Source: Eledone cirrhosa
Taxonomy: Eukaryota
NCBI GenBank assembly: GCA_964016885.1
Contig: OZ024743.1
Location: 308,450,001 to 308,514,000 of the forward strand
Direction of reading: 5' to 3'
DNA: 64,000 nt
Under the pieces are notes generated by a model. The model saw only the letters and a program-made list of their open reading frames with translations. It had not been told where the DNA came from and ran no database searches. Both the position numbers and the translations under genes were made by a program. Below are positions 1 to 15,000 of this stretch, in pieces (positions within the stretch are counted from its first letter, which is position 1; each line of letters starts with the position of its first letter).

Positions 1-3000
1 TCCTACACTGTAAATAACAGTGGTACCAGTTCTGAGAAGGACTTTATAGTCCAGCACTAGCTTCCTACACTGTAAATAACAGTGGTAACAGTTCTGAGAA
101 AGACTATATAGTCCAGCACTAGCTTCCTACACTGTAAATAACAGTGGTAACAGTTCTGAGAAAGACTATATAGTCCAGCACTAGCTTCCTACACTGTAAA
201 AAACAGTGGTAACAGTTCTGAGAAAGACTATATAGTCCAGCACTAGCTTCCTACACTGAAAATAACAGTGGTAACAGTACTGAGAAAGACTATATAGTCC
301 AGCACTAGCTTCCTACACTGTAAATAACAGTGGTAACAGTTCTGAGAAAGACTATATAGTCCAGCACTAGCTTCCTACACTGTAAATAACAGTGGTAACA
401 GTTCTGAGAAAGACTTTATAGTCCAGCACTAGCTTCCTACACTGTGAATAACAGTGGTAACAGTTCTGAGAAAGACTATATAGTCCAGCACTAGCTTCCT
501 ACACTGTAAATAACAGTGGTAACAGTTCTGAGAAAGACTATATAGTCCAGCACTAGCTTCCTACACTGTCAATAACAGTGGTAACAGTTCTGAGAAAGAC
601 TTTATAGTCCAGCACTAGCTTCCTACACTGTGAATAACAGTGGTAACAGTTCTGAGAAAGACTATATAGTCCAGCACTAGCTTCCTACACTCTCAATAAC
701 AGTGGTAACAGTTCTGAGAAAGACTTTATAGTCCAGCACTAGCTTCCTACACTGTAAATAACAGTGGTAACAGTTCTGAGAAAGACTATATAGTCCAGCA
801 CTAGCTTCCTACACTGTAAATAACAGTGGTAACAGTTCTGAGAAAGACTATATAGTCCAGCACTAGCTTCCTACACTGTGAATAACAGTGGTAACAGTTC
901 TGAGAAAGACTATATAGTCCAGCACTAGCTTCCTACACTGTCGATAACAGTGGTAACAGTTCTGAGAAAGACTTTATAGTCCAGCACTAGCTTCCTACAC
1001 TGTAAATAACAGTGGTAACAGTTCTGAGAAAGACTATATAGTCCAGCACTAGCTTCCTACACTGTAAATAACAGTGGTAACAGTTCTGAGAAAGACTATA
1101 TAGTCCAGCACTAGCTTCCTACACTGTGAATAACAGTGGTAACAGTTCTGAGACAGACTATATAGTCCAGCACTAGCTTCCTACACTGTAAATAACAGTG
1201 GTAACAGTTCTGAGAAAGACTATATAGTCCAGCACTAGCTTCGTACACTGTCAATAACAGTGGTAACACTTCTGAGAAAGACTTTATAGTCCAGCACTAG
1301 CTTCCTACACTGTGAATAACAGTGGTAACAGTTCTGAGAAAGACTTTATAGTCCAGCACTAGCCTCCTACACTGTAAATAACAGTGGTAACAGTTCTGAG
1401 AAGGACTGTATAGTCCAGCACTAGCTTCCTACACTGTAAATAACAGTGGTAACAGTTCTGAGAAAGACTATATAGTCCAGCACTAGCTTCCTACACTGTC
1501 AATAACATTGGTAACAGTTCTGAGAAAGACTTTATAGTCCAGCACTAGCTTCCTACACTGTGAATAACAGTGGTAACAGTTCTGAGAAAGACTTTATAGT
1601 CCAGCACTAGCTTCCTACACTGTAAATAACAGTGGTAACAGTTCTGAGAAAGACTATATAGTCCAGCACTAGCTTCCTACACTGTAAATAACAGTGGTAA
1701 CAGTTCTGAGAAAGACTATATAGTCCAGCACTAGCTTCCTACACTGTAAATAACAGTGGTAACAGTTCTGAGAAAGACTTTATAGTACAGCACTAGCTTC
1801 CTACACTGTAAATAACAGTGGTAACAGTTCTGAGAAAGACTATATAGTCCAGCACTAGCTTCCTACACTGTAAATAACAGTGGTAACAGTTCTGAGAAAG
1901 ACTATATAGTCCAGCACTAGCTTCCTACACTGTAAATAACAGTGGTAACAGTTCTGAGAAGGACTATATAGTCCAGCACTAGCTTCCTACACTGTAAATA
2001 ACAGTGGTAACAGTTCTGAGAAAGACTATATAGTCCAGCACTAGCTTCCTACACTGTAAATAACAGTGGTAACAGTTCTGAGAAAGACTATATAGTCCAG
2101 CACTAGCTTCCTACACTGTAAATAACAGTGGTAACAGTTCTGAGAAAGACTATATAGTCCAGCACTAGCTTCCTACACTGTAAATAACAGTGGTAACAGT
2201 TCTGAGAAAGACTATATAGTCCAGCACTAGCTTCCTACACTGTAAATAACAGTGGTAACAGTTCTGAGAAAGACTATATAGTCCAGCACTAGCTTCCTAC
2301 ACTGTAAATAACAGTGGTAACAGTTCTGAGAAAGACTATATAGTCCAGCACAGCTTCCTACACTGTAAATAACAGTGGTAACAGTTCTGAGAAGGACTAT
2401 ATAGTCCAGCACTAGCTTCCTACACTGTAAATAACAGTGGTAACAGTTCTGAGAAAGACTATATAGTCCAGCACTAGCTTCCTACACTGTAAATAACAGT
2501 GGTAACAGTTCTGAGAAGGACTATATAGTCCAGCCCTAGCTTCCTACACTGTAAATAACAGTGGTAACAGTTCTGAGAAAGACGATATAGTCAAGCACTA
2601 GCTTCCTACACTGTAAATAACAATGGTAACAGTTCTGAGAAAGACTATATAGTCCAGCACAAGCTTCCTACACTGTAAATAACAGTGGTAACAGTTCTGA
2701 GAAAGACGATATAGTCAAGCACTAGCTTCCTACACTGTAAATAACAGTGGTAACAGTTCTGAGAAAGACTATATAGTCCAGCACTAGCTTTCTACACTGT
2801 AAATAACAGTGGTAACAGTTCTGAGAAAGACTATATAGTCAAGCACTAGCTTCCTACACTGTAAATAACAGTGGTAACAGTTCTGAGAAAGACTTTATAG
2901 TCCAGCACTAGCTTCCTACACTGTCAATAACAGTGGTAACAGTTCTGAGAAAGACTATATAGTCCAACACTAGCTTCCTACACTGTCAATAACAGTGGTA

Positions 3001-6000
3001 ACAGTTCTGAGAAGGACTATATAGTCCAGCACTAGCTTCCTACACTGTGAATAACAGTGGTAACAGTTCTGAGAAAGACTATATAGTCCAGCACTAGCTT
3101 CCTACACTGTAAATAACAGTGGTAACAGTTCTGAGAAAGACTATATAGTCCAGCACTAGCTTCCTACACTGTAAATAACAGTGGTAACAGTTCTGAGAAA
3201 GACTATATAGTCCAGCACTAGCTTCCTACACTGTAAATAACAGTGGTAACAGTTCTGAGAAAGACTATATAGTCCAGCACTAGCTTCCTACACTGTAAAT
3301 AACAGTGGTAACAGTTCTGAGAAAGACTATATAGTCCAGCACTAGCTTCCTACACTGTAAATAACAGTGGTAACAGTTCTGAGAAAGACTATATAGTCCA
3401 GCACAGCTTCCTACACTGTAAATAACAGTGGTAACAGTTCTGAGAAGGACTATATAGTCCAGCACTAGCTTCCTACACTGTAAATAACAGTGGTAACAGT
3501 TCTGAGAAAGACTATATAGTCCAGCACTAGCTTCCTACACTGTAAATAACAGTGGTAACAGTTCTGAGAAGGACTATATAGTCCAGCCCTAGCTTCCTAC
3601 ACTGTAAATAACAGTGGTAACAGTTCTGAGAAAGACGATATAGTCAAGCACTAGCTTCCTACACTGTAAATAACAATGGTAACAGTTCTGAGAAAGACTA
3701 TATAGTCCAGCACAAGCTTCCTACACTGTAAATAACAGTGGTAACAGTTCTGAGAAAGACGATATAGTCAAGCACTAGCTTCCTACACTGTAAATAACAG
3801 TGGTAACAGTTCTGAGAAAGACTATATAGTCCAGCACTAGCTTCCTACACTGTAAATAACAGTGGTAACAGTTCTGAGAAAGACTATATAGTCAAGCACT
3901 AGCTTCCTACACTGTAAATAACAGTGGTAACAGTTCTGAGAAAGACTTTATAGTCCAGCACTAGCTTCCTACACTGTCAATAACAGTGGTAACAGTTCTG
4001 AGAAAGACTATATAGTCCAACACTAGCTTCCTACACTGTCAATAACAGTGGTAACAGTTCTGAGAAGGACTATATAGTCCAGCACTAGCTTCCTACACTG
4101 TAAATAACAGTGGTAACAGTTCTGAGAAGGACTATATAGTCCAGCCCTAGCTTCCTACACTGTAAATAACAGTGGTAACAGTTCTGAGAAAGACTATATA
4201 GTCCAGCACAAGCTTCCTACACTGTAAATAACAGTGGTAACAGTTCTGAGAAGGACTATATAGTCAAGCACTAGCTTCCTACACTGTAAATAACAGTGGT
4301 AACAGTTCTGAGAAAGACTATATAGTCCAGCACTAGCTTCCTACACTGTAAATAACAGTGGTAACAGTTCTGAGAAAGACTATATAGTCCAGCACTAGCT
4401 TTCTACACTGTAAATAACAGTGGTAACAGTTCTGAGAAAGACTATATAGTCAAGCACTAGCTTCCTACACTGTAAATAACAGTGGTAACAGTTCTGAGAA
4501 AGACTTTATAGTCCAGCACTAGCTTCCTACACTGTAAATAACAGTGGTAACAGTTCTGAGAAGGACTATATAGTCCAGCACTAGCTTCCTACACTGTAAA
4601 TAACAGTGGTAACAGTTCTGAGAAAGACTATATAGTCCAGCACTAGCTTCCTACACTGTAAATAACAGTGGTAACAGTTCTGAGAAGGACTATATAGTCC
4701 AGCACTAGCTTGCTACACTGTAAATAACAGTGGTAACAGTTCTGAGAAAGACTATATAGTCCAGCACTAGCTTCCTACACTGTAAATAACAATGGTAATA
4801 GTTCTGAGAAAGACTATATAGTCCAGCACTAGCTTCCTACACTGTAAATAACAATGGTAACAGTTCTGAGAAAGTCTATATAGTCCAGCACTAGCTTCCT
4901 ACACTGTCAATAACAATGGTAACAGTTCTGAGAAAGACTATATAGTCCAGCACTTGCTTCCTACACTGTCAATAACAGTGGTAACAGATCTGAGAAGGAC
5001 TATATAGTCCAGCACTAGCTTCCTACACTGTAAATAACAGTGGTACCAGTTCTGAGAAGGACTTTATAGTCCAGCACTAGCTTCCTACACTGTAAATAAC
5101 AGTGGTAACAGTTCTGAGAAGGACTATATAGTCCAGCACTAGCTTCCTACACTGTAAATAACAGTGGTACCAGTTCTGAGAAGGACTTTATAGTCCAGCA
5201 CTAGCTTCCTACACTGTAAATAACAGTGGTAACAGTTCTGAGAAAGACTATATAGTCCAGCACTAGCTTCCTACACTGTAAATAACAGTGGTAACAGTTC
5301 TGAGAAAGACTATATAGTCCAGCACTAGCTTCCTACACTGTAAATAACAGTGGTAACAGTTCTGAGAAAGACTATATCGTCCAGCACTAGCTTCCTACAC
5401 TGTAAATAACAGTGGTAACAGTACTGAGAAAGACTATATAGTCCAGCACTAGCTTCCTACACTGTAAATAACAGTGGTAACAGTTCTGAGAAAGACTATA
5501 TAGTCCAGCACTAGCTTCCTACACTGTAAATAACAGTGGTAACAGTTCTGAGAAAGACTTTATAGTCCAGCACTAGCTTCCTACACTGTGAATAACAGTG
5601 GTAACAGTTCTGAGAAAGACTATATAGTCCAGCACTAGCTTCCTACACTGTGAATAACAGTGGTAACAGTTCTGAGAAAGACTATATAGTCCAGCACTAG
5701 CTTCCTACACTGTCAATAACAGTGGTAACAGTTCTGAGAAAGACTTTATAGTCCAGCACTAGCTTCCTACACTGTGAATAACAGTGGTAACAGTTCTGAG
5801 AAAGACTATATAGTCCAGCACTAGCTTCCAACACTCTCAATAACAGTGGTAACAGTTCTGAGAAAGACTTTATAGTCCAGCACTAGCTTCCTACACTGTA
5901 AATAACAGTGGTAACAGTTCTGAGAAAGACTATATAGTCCAGCACTAGCTTCCTACACTGTAAATAACAGTGGTAACAGTTCTGAGAAAGACTATATAGT

Positions 6001-9000
6001 CCAGCACTAGCTTCCTACACTGTGAATAACAGTGGTAACAGTTCTGAGAAAGACTATATAGTCCAGCACTAGCTTCCTACACTGTCGATAACAGTGGTAA
6101 CAGTTCTGAGAAAGACTTTATAGTCCAGCACTAGCTTCCTACACTGTAAATAACAGTGGTAACAGTTCTGAGAAAGACTATATAGTCCAGCACTAGCTTC
6201 CTACACTGTGAATAACAGTGGTAACAGTTCTGAGAAAGACTATATAGTCCAGCACTAGCTTCCTACACTGTAAATAACAGTGGTAACAGTTCTGAGAAAG
6301 ACTATATAGTCCAGCACTAGCTTCCTACACTGTCAATAACAGTGGTAACACTTCTGAGAAAGACTTTATAGTCCAGCACTAGCTTCCTACACTGTGAATA
6401 ACAGTGGTAACAGTTCTGAGAAAGACTTTATAGTCCAGCACTAGCCTCCTACACTGTAAATAACAGTGGTAACAGTTCTGAGAAGGACTGTATAGTCCAG
6501 CACTAGCTTCCTACACTGTAAATAACAGTGGTAACAGTTCTGAGAAAGACTATATAGTCCAGCACTAGCTTCCTACACTGTCAATAACATTGGTAACAGT
6601 TCTGAGAAAGACTTTATAGTCCAGCACTAGCTTCCTACACTGTGAATAACAGTGGTAACAGTTCTGAGAAAGACTTTATAGTCCAGCACTAGCTTCCTAC
6701 ACTGTAAATAACAGTGGTAACAGTTCTGAGAAAGACTATATAGTCCAGCACTAGCTTCCTACACTGTAAATAACAGTGGTAACAGTTCTGAGAAAGACTA
6801 TATAGTCCAGCACTAGCTTCCTACACTGTAAATAACAGTGGTAACAGTTCTGAGAAAGACTTTATAGTCCAGCACTAGCTTCCTACACTGTAAATAACAG
6901 TGGTAACAGTTCTGAGAAAGACTATATAGTCCAGCACTAGCTTCCTACACTGTAAATAACAGTGGTAACAGTTCTGAGAAAGACTATATAGTCCAGCACT
7001 AGCTTCCTACACTGTAAATAACAGTGGTAACAGTTCTGAGAAGGACTATATAGTCCAGCACTAGCTTCCTACACTGTAAATAACAGTGGTAACAGTTCTG
7101 AGAAAGACTATATAGTCCAGCACTAGCTTCCTACACTGTAAATAACAGTGGTAACAGTTCTGAGAAAGACTATATAGTCCAGCACTAGCTTCCTACACTG
7201 TAAATAACAGTGGTAACAGTTCTGAGAAAGACTATATAGTCCAGCACTAGCTTCCTACACTGTAAATAACAGTGGTAACAGTTCTGAGAAAGACTATATA
7301 GTCCAGCACTAGGTTCCTACACTGTAAATAACAGTGGTAACAGTTCTGAGAAAGACTATATAGTCCAGCACTAGCTTCCTACACTGTAAATAACAGTGGT
7401 AACAGTTCTGAGAAAGACTATATAGTCCAGCACTAGCTTCCTACACTGTAAATAACAGTGGTAACAGTTCTGAGAAGGACTATATAGTCCAGCACTAGCT
7501 TCCTACACTGTAAATAACAGTGGTAACAGTTCTGAGAAAGACTATATAGTCCAGCACTAGCTTCCTACACTGTAAATAACAGTGGTAACAGTTCTGAGAA
7601 GGACTATATAGTCCAGCCCTAGCTTCCTACACTGTAAATAACAGTGGTAACAGTTCTGAGAAAGACGATATAGTCAAGCACTAGCTTCCTACACTGTAAA
7701 TAACAGTGGTAACAGTTCTGAGAAAGACTATATAGTCAAGCACTAGCTTCCTACACTGTAAATAACAGTGGTAACAGTTCTGAGAAAGACTATATAGTCC
7801 AGCACAAGCTTCCTACACTGTAAATAACAGTGGTAACAGTTCTGAGAAAGACGATATAGTCAAGCACTAGCTTCCTACACTGTAAATAACAGTGGTAACA
7901 GTTCTGAGAAAGACTATATAGTCCAGCACTAGCTTCCTACACTGTAAATAACAGTGGTAACAGTTCTGAGAAAGACTATATAGTCAAGCACTAGCTTCCT
8001 ACACTGTAAATAACAATGGTAACAGTTCTGAGAAAGACTATATAGTCCAGCACAAGCTTCCTACACTGTAAATAACAGTGGTAACAGTTCTGAGAAAGAC
8101 GATATAGTCAAGCACTAGCTTCCTACACTGTAAATAACAGTGGTAACAGTTCTGAGAAAGACTATATAGTCCAGCACTAGCTTTCTACACTGTAAATAAC
8201 AGTGGTAACAGTTCTGAGAAAGACTATATAGTCAAGCACTAGCTTCCTACACTGTAAATAACAGTGGTAACAGTTCTGAGAAAGACTTTATAGTCCAGCA
8301 CTAGCTTCCTACACTGTAAATAACAGTGGTAACAGTTCTGAGAAAGACTATATAGTCAAGCACTAGCTTTCTACACTGTAAATAACAGTGGTAACAGTTC
8401 TGAGAAAGACTATATAGTCAAGCACTAGCTTCCTACACTGTAAATAACAGTGGTAACAGTTCTGAGAAAGACTATATAGTCCAGCACTAGCTTCCTACAC
8501 TGTCAATAACAGTGGTAATAGTTCTGAGAAAGACTATATAGTCCAGCACTAGCTTCCTACACTGTGAATAACAGTGGTAAGAGTTCTGAGAAAGACTATA
8601 TAGTCCCGCACTAGCTTCCTACACTGTGAATGACAATGGTAACAGTTCTGAGAAAGACTATATAGTCCAGCACTAGCTTCCTACACTGTGAATGACAATG
8701 GTAACAGTTCTGAGAAAGACTATATAGTCCAGCACTAGCTTCCTACACTGTAAATAACAGTGGTAACAGTTCTCAGAAGGACTATATAGTCCAGCACTAG
8801 CTTCCTACGCTGTAAATAACAGTGGTAACAGTTCTGAGAAAGACTTTATAGTCCAGCACTAGCTTCCTACACTGTAAATAACAATGGTAACAGTACTGAG
8901 AAAGACTTTATAGTCCGGCACTAGCTTCCTACACTGTCAATAACAGTGGTAACAGTTCTGAGAAGGACTATATAGTCCAGCACTAGCTTCCTACACTGTA

Positions 9001-12000
9001 AATAACAGTGGTAACAGTTCTGAGAAAGACTTTATAGTCCAGCACTAGCTTCCTACACTGTAAATAACAGTGGTAACAGTTCTGAGAAGCACTATATAGT
9101 CCAGCACTAGCTTCCTACACTGTAAATAACAGTGGTAACAGTTCTGAGAAAGACTTTATAGTCCAGCACTAGCTTCCTACACTGTAAATAACAGTGGTAA
9201 CAGTTCTGAGAAAGACTATATAGTCCAGCACTAGCTTCCTACACTGTAAATAACGGTGGTAACAGTTCTTAGAAAGACTATATAGTCCAGCACTAGCTTC
9301 CTACACTGTAAATAACAGTGGTAACAGTTCTGAGAAACACTTTATAGTCCAGCACTAGTTTCCTACACTGGGAATAACAGTGGTAACAGTTCTAAGAAGG
9401 ACTATATAGTCCAGAACTAGCTTCCTACACTGTAAATAACGGTGGTAACAGTTCTTAGAAAGACTATATAGTCCAGCACTAGCTTCCTACACTGTAAATA
9501 ACAGTGGTAACAGTTCTGAGAAACACTTTATAGTCCAGCACTAGCTTCCTACACTGTAAATAACAGTGGTAACATTCTGAGAAAGACTTTATAGTCGAGC
9601 ACTAGCTTCCTACACTGTAAATAACAGTGGTAACAGTTCTGAGAAACACTTTATAGTCCAGCACTAGCTTCCTACACTGTAAATAACAGTGGTAACATTC
9701 TGAGAAAGACTATATAGTCCAGCACTAGCTTCCTACGCTGTAAATAACAGTGGTAACAGTTCTGAGAAAGACTTTATAGTCCAGCACTAGCTTCCTACAC
9801 TGTAAATAACAATGGTAACAGTACTGAGAAAGACTTTATAGTCGAGCACTAGCTTCCTACACTGTAAATAACAGTGGTAACAGTTCTTAGAAAGACTATA
9901 TAGTCCAGCACTAGCTTCCTACACTGTAAATAACAATGGTAACAGTACTGAGAAAGACTTTATAGTCGAGCACTAGCTTCCTACACTGTAAATAACAGTG
10001 GTAACAGTTCTTAGAAAGACTATATAGTCCAGCACTAGCTTCCTACACTGTAAATAACTGTGGTAACAGTTCTGAGAAAGACTTTATAGTCCAGCACTAG
10101 CTTCCTACACTGTAAATAACAGTGGTAACAGTTCTGAGAAAGACTATATAGTCCAGCACTAGCTTCCTACACTGTAAATAACGGTGGTAACAGTTCTTAG
10201 AAAGACTATATAGTCCAGCACTAGCTTCCTACACTGTAAATAACAGTGGTAACAGTTCTGAGAAAGACTTTATAGTCCAGCACTAGCTTCCTACACTGTA
10301 AATAACAGTGGTAACAGTTCTGAGAAGGACTATATAGTCCAGCACTAGCTTCCTACACTGTAAATAACAGTGGTAACAGTTCTTAGAAAGACTTTATAGT
10401 CCAGCACTAGCTTCCTACACTGTAAATAACAGTGGTAACAGTTCTGAGAAGGACTATATAGTCCAGCACTAGCTTCCTACACTGTCAATAACTGTGGTAA
10501 CAGTTCTGAGAAAGACTATATAGTCCAGCACTAGCTTCCTACACTGTAAATAACAGTGGTAACAGTTCTGAGAAAGACTATATAGTCCAGCACTAGCTTC
10601 CTACACTGTAAATAACAGTGGTAACAGTTCTGAGAAGGACAATATAGTCCAGCACTAGCTTCCTACACTATAAATAACAGTGGTAACAGTTCTGAGAAAG
10701 ACTATATAGTCCAGCACTAGCTTCCTACACTGTAAATAACAGTGGTAACAGTTCTGAGAAGGACAATATAGTCCAGCACTAGCTTCCTACACTGTAAATA
10801 ACAGTGGTAACAGTTCTGAGAAGGACTATATAGTCCAGCACTAGCTTCCTACACTGTAATTAACATTGGTAACAGTTCTGAGAAGGACTATATAGTCCAG
10901 CACTAGCTTCCTACGCTGTAAATAACAGTGGTAATAGTTCTGAGAAAGACTTTATAGTCCAGCACTAGCTTCCTACACTGTAAATAACAACGGTAACAGT
11001 ACTGAGAAAGACTTTATAGTCCGGCACTAGCTTCCTACACTGTAAATAACAACGGTAACAGTACTGAGAAAGACTTTATAGTCCGGCACTAGCTTTCTAC
11101 ACTGTAAATAACAGTGGTAACAGGTCTGAGAAGGACTATATAGTCCAGCACTAGCTTCCTACACTGTAAATAACAGTGGTAACAGTTCTGAGAAGGACTA
11201 TATAGTCCAGCACTAGCTTCCTACACTGTAAATAACAGTGGTAACAGTTCTGAGAAGGACTATATAGTCCAGCACTAGCTTCCTACACTGTAAATAACAG
11301 TGGTAACAGTTCTGAGAAAGACTTTATAGTCCAGCACTAGCTTCCTACACTGTAAATAACAGTGTTAACAGTTCTGAGAAAGACTATATAGTCCAGTACT
11401 AGCTTCCTACACTGTAAATAACAGTGGTAACAGTTCTGAGAAAGACTTTATAGTCCAGCACTAGCTTCCTACACTGTAAATAACAGTGGTAACAGTTCTG
11501 AGAAGGACTATATAGTCCAGCACTAGCTTCCTACACTGTCAATAACAGTGGTAACAGTTCTGAGAAGGACTATATAGTCCAGCACTAGCTTCCTACACTG
11601 TCAATAACAGTGGTAATAGTTCTGAGAAGGACTATATAGTCCAGCACTAGCTTCCTACACTGTGAATAACAGTGGTAACGGTTCTGAGAAGGACTATATA
11701 GTCCAGCACTAGCTTCCTACACTGTCAATAACAGTGGTAATAGTTCTGAGAAGGACTATATAGTCCAGCACTAGCTTCCTACACTGTGAATAACAGTGGT
11801 AACAGGTCTGAGAAAGACTATATAGTCCAGCACTAGCTTCCTACACTGTCAATAACAGTGGTAACAGTTCTGAGAAAGACTTTATAGTCCAGCACTAGCT
11901 TCCTACACTGTCAATAACAGTGGTAACAGTTCTGAGAAAGACTTCATAGTCCAGCACTAGCTTCCTACACTGTCAATAACAGTGGTAACAGTTCTGAGAA

Positions 12001-15000
12001 CGACTATATAGTCCAGCACTAGCTTCCTACACTGTCAATAACAGTGGTAACAGTTCTGAGAAAGACTTTATAGTCCAGCACTAGCTTCCTACACTGTCAA
12101 TAACAGTGGTAACAGTTCTGAGAAAGACTTTATAGTCCAGCACTAGCTTCCTACACTGTCAATAACAGTGGTAACAGTTCTGAGAAAGACTTCATAGTCC
12201 AGCACTAGCTTCCTACACTGTCAATAACAGTGGTAACAGTTCTGAGAAAGACTATATAGTCCAGCACTAGCTTCCTACACTGTCAATAACAGTGGTAACA
12301 GTTCTGAGAAGGACTATATAGTCCAGCACTAGCTTCCTACACTGTAAATAACAATGGTAATAGTTCTGAGAAGGACTATATAGTCCAGCACTAGCTTCCT
12401 ACACTGTAAATAACAGTGGTAACAGTTCTGAGAAGGACTATATAGTCCAGCACTAGCTTCCTACACTGTAAATAACAGTGGTAACAGTTCTGAGAAGGAC
12501 TATATAGTCCAGCACTAGCTTCCTACACTGTAAATAACAGTGGTAACAGTTCTGAGAAGGACTATATAGTCCAGCACTAGCTTCCTACACTGTAAATAAC
12601 AGTGGTAACAGTTCTGAGAAGGACTATATAGTCCAGCACTAGCTTCCTACACTGTAAATAACAGTGGTAACAGTTCTGAGAAGGACTATATAGTCCAGCA
12701 CTAGCTTCCTACACTGTAAATAACAGTGGTAACAGTTCTGAGAAGGACTATATAGTCCAGCACTAGCTTCCTACACTGTAAATAACAGTGGTAACAGTTC
12801 TGAGAAGGACAATATAGTCCAGCACTAGCTTCCTACACTGTAAATAACAGTGGTAACAGTTCTGAGAAGGACTATATAGTCCAGCACTAGCTTCCTACAC
12901 TGTCAATAACAGTGGTAATAGTTCTGAGAAGGACTATATAGTCCAGCACTAGCTTCCTACACTGTGAATAACAGTGGTAACAGGTCTGAGAAAGACTATA
13001 TAGTCCAGCACTAGCTTCCTACACTGTCAATAACAGTGGTAACAGTTCTGAGAAAGACTTTATAGTCCAGCACTAGCTTCCTACACTGTCAATAACAGTG
13101 GTAACAGTTCTGAGAAGGACTATATAGTCCAGCACTAGCTTCCTACACTGTAAATAACAGTGGTAATAGTTCTGAGAAGGACTATATAGTCCAGCACTAG
13201 CTTCCTACACTGTAAATAACAGTGGTAACAGTTCTGAGAAGGACTATATAGTCCAGCACTAGCTTCCTACACTGTAAATAACAGTGGTAATAGTTCTGAG
13301 AAGGACTATATAGTCCAGCACTAGCTTCCTACACTGTCAATAACAGTGGTAACAGTTCTGAGAAGGACTATATAGTCCAGCACTAGCTTCCTACACTGTA
13401 AATAACAATGGTAATAGTTCTGAGAAGGACTATATAGTCCAGCACTAGCTTCCTACACTGTAAATAACAGTGGTAACAGTTCTGAGAAGGACTATATAGT
13501 CCAGCACTAGCTTCCTACACTGTAAATAACAGTGGTAACAGTTCTGAGAAGGACTATATAGTCCAGCACTAGCTTCCTACACTGTAAATAACAGTGGTAA
13601 CAGTTCTGAGAAGGACTATATAGTCCAGCACTAGCTTCCTGCACTGTAAATAACAGTGGTAACAGTTCTGAGAAGGACAATATAGTCCAGCACTAGCTTC
13701 CTACACTGTAAATAACAGTGGTAACAGTTCTGAGAAAGACTATATAGTCCAGCACTAGCTTCCTACACTGTAAATAACAGTGGTAACATTTCTGAGAAGG
13801 ACTATATAGTCCAGCACTAGCTTCCTACACTGTGAATAACAGTGGTAACAGTACTGAGAAAGACTATATAGTCCAGCACTAGCTTCCTACACTGTAAATA
13901 ACAATGGTAACAGTTCTGAGAAAGACTATATAGTCCAGCACTAGCTTCCTACACTGTAAATAACAGTGGTAACAGTTCTGAGAAAGACTATATAGTCCAG
14001 CACTAGCTTCCTACACTGTAAATAACAGTGGTAACAGTTCTGAGAAAGACTATATAGTCCAGCACTACCTTCCTACACTGTAATTAACAGTGGTAACAGT
14101 TCTGAGAAAGACTATATAGTCCAGCACTAGCTTCCTACACTGTAAATAACAATGGTAACAGTACTGAGTAGGACTATATAGTCCAGCACTAGCTTCCTAC
14201 ACTGTAAATAACAGTGGTAACAGTACTGAGAAAGACTTTATAGTCCAGCACTAGCTTCCTACACTGTAAATAACAGTGGTAACAGTTCTGAGAAAGACTA
14301 TATAGTCCAGCACTAGCTTCCTACACTGTAAATAACAGTGGTAACAGTTCTGAAAAAGACTATATAGTCCAGCACTAGCTTCCTACACTGTAAATAACAA
14401 TGGTAACAGTACTGAGAAGGACTATATAGTCCAGCACTAGCTTCCTACACTGTAAATAACAGTGGTTACAGTACTGAGAAAGACTTTATAGTCCAGCACT
14501 AGCTTCCTACACTGTAAATAACAATCGTAACAGTACTGAGAAGGACTATATAGTCCAGCACTAGCTTCCTACACTGTAAATAAAAGTGGTAACAGTTCTG
14601 AGAAAGACTATATAGTCCAGCACTAGCTTCCTACACTGTGAATAACAGTGGTAACAGTTCTGAGAAGGACTATATAGTCCAGCACTAGCTTCCTACACTG
14701 TAAATAACAGTGGTAACAGTTCTGAGAAGGACTATATAGTCCAGCACTAGCTTCCTACACTGTAAATAACAGTGGTAACAGTTCTGAGAAGGACTATATA
14801 GTCCAGCACTAGCTTCCTACACTGTAAATAACAGTGGTAACAGTTCTGAGAAGGACTGTATAGTTCAGCACTAGCTTCCTACACTGTAAATAACAGTGGT
14901 AACAGTTCTGAGAAGGACTATATAGTCCAGCACTAGCTTCCTACACTGTAAATAACAGTGGTAACAGTTCTGAGAAGGACTATATAGTCCAGCACTAGCT

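Noticed and set aside
2227-3465. Two identical 61-aa ORFs in the satellite
   Set aside because: They arise only because a 1-bp deletion removes a stop in a duplicated block; non-coding.
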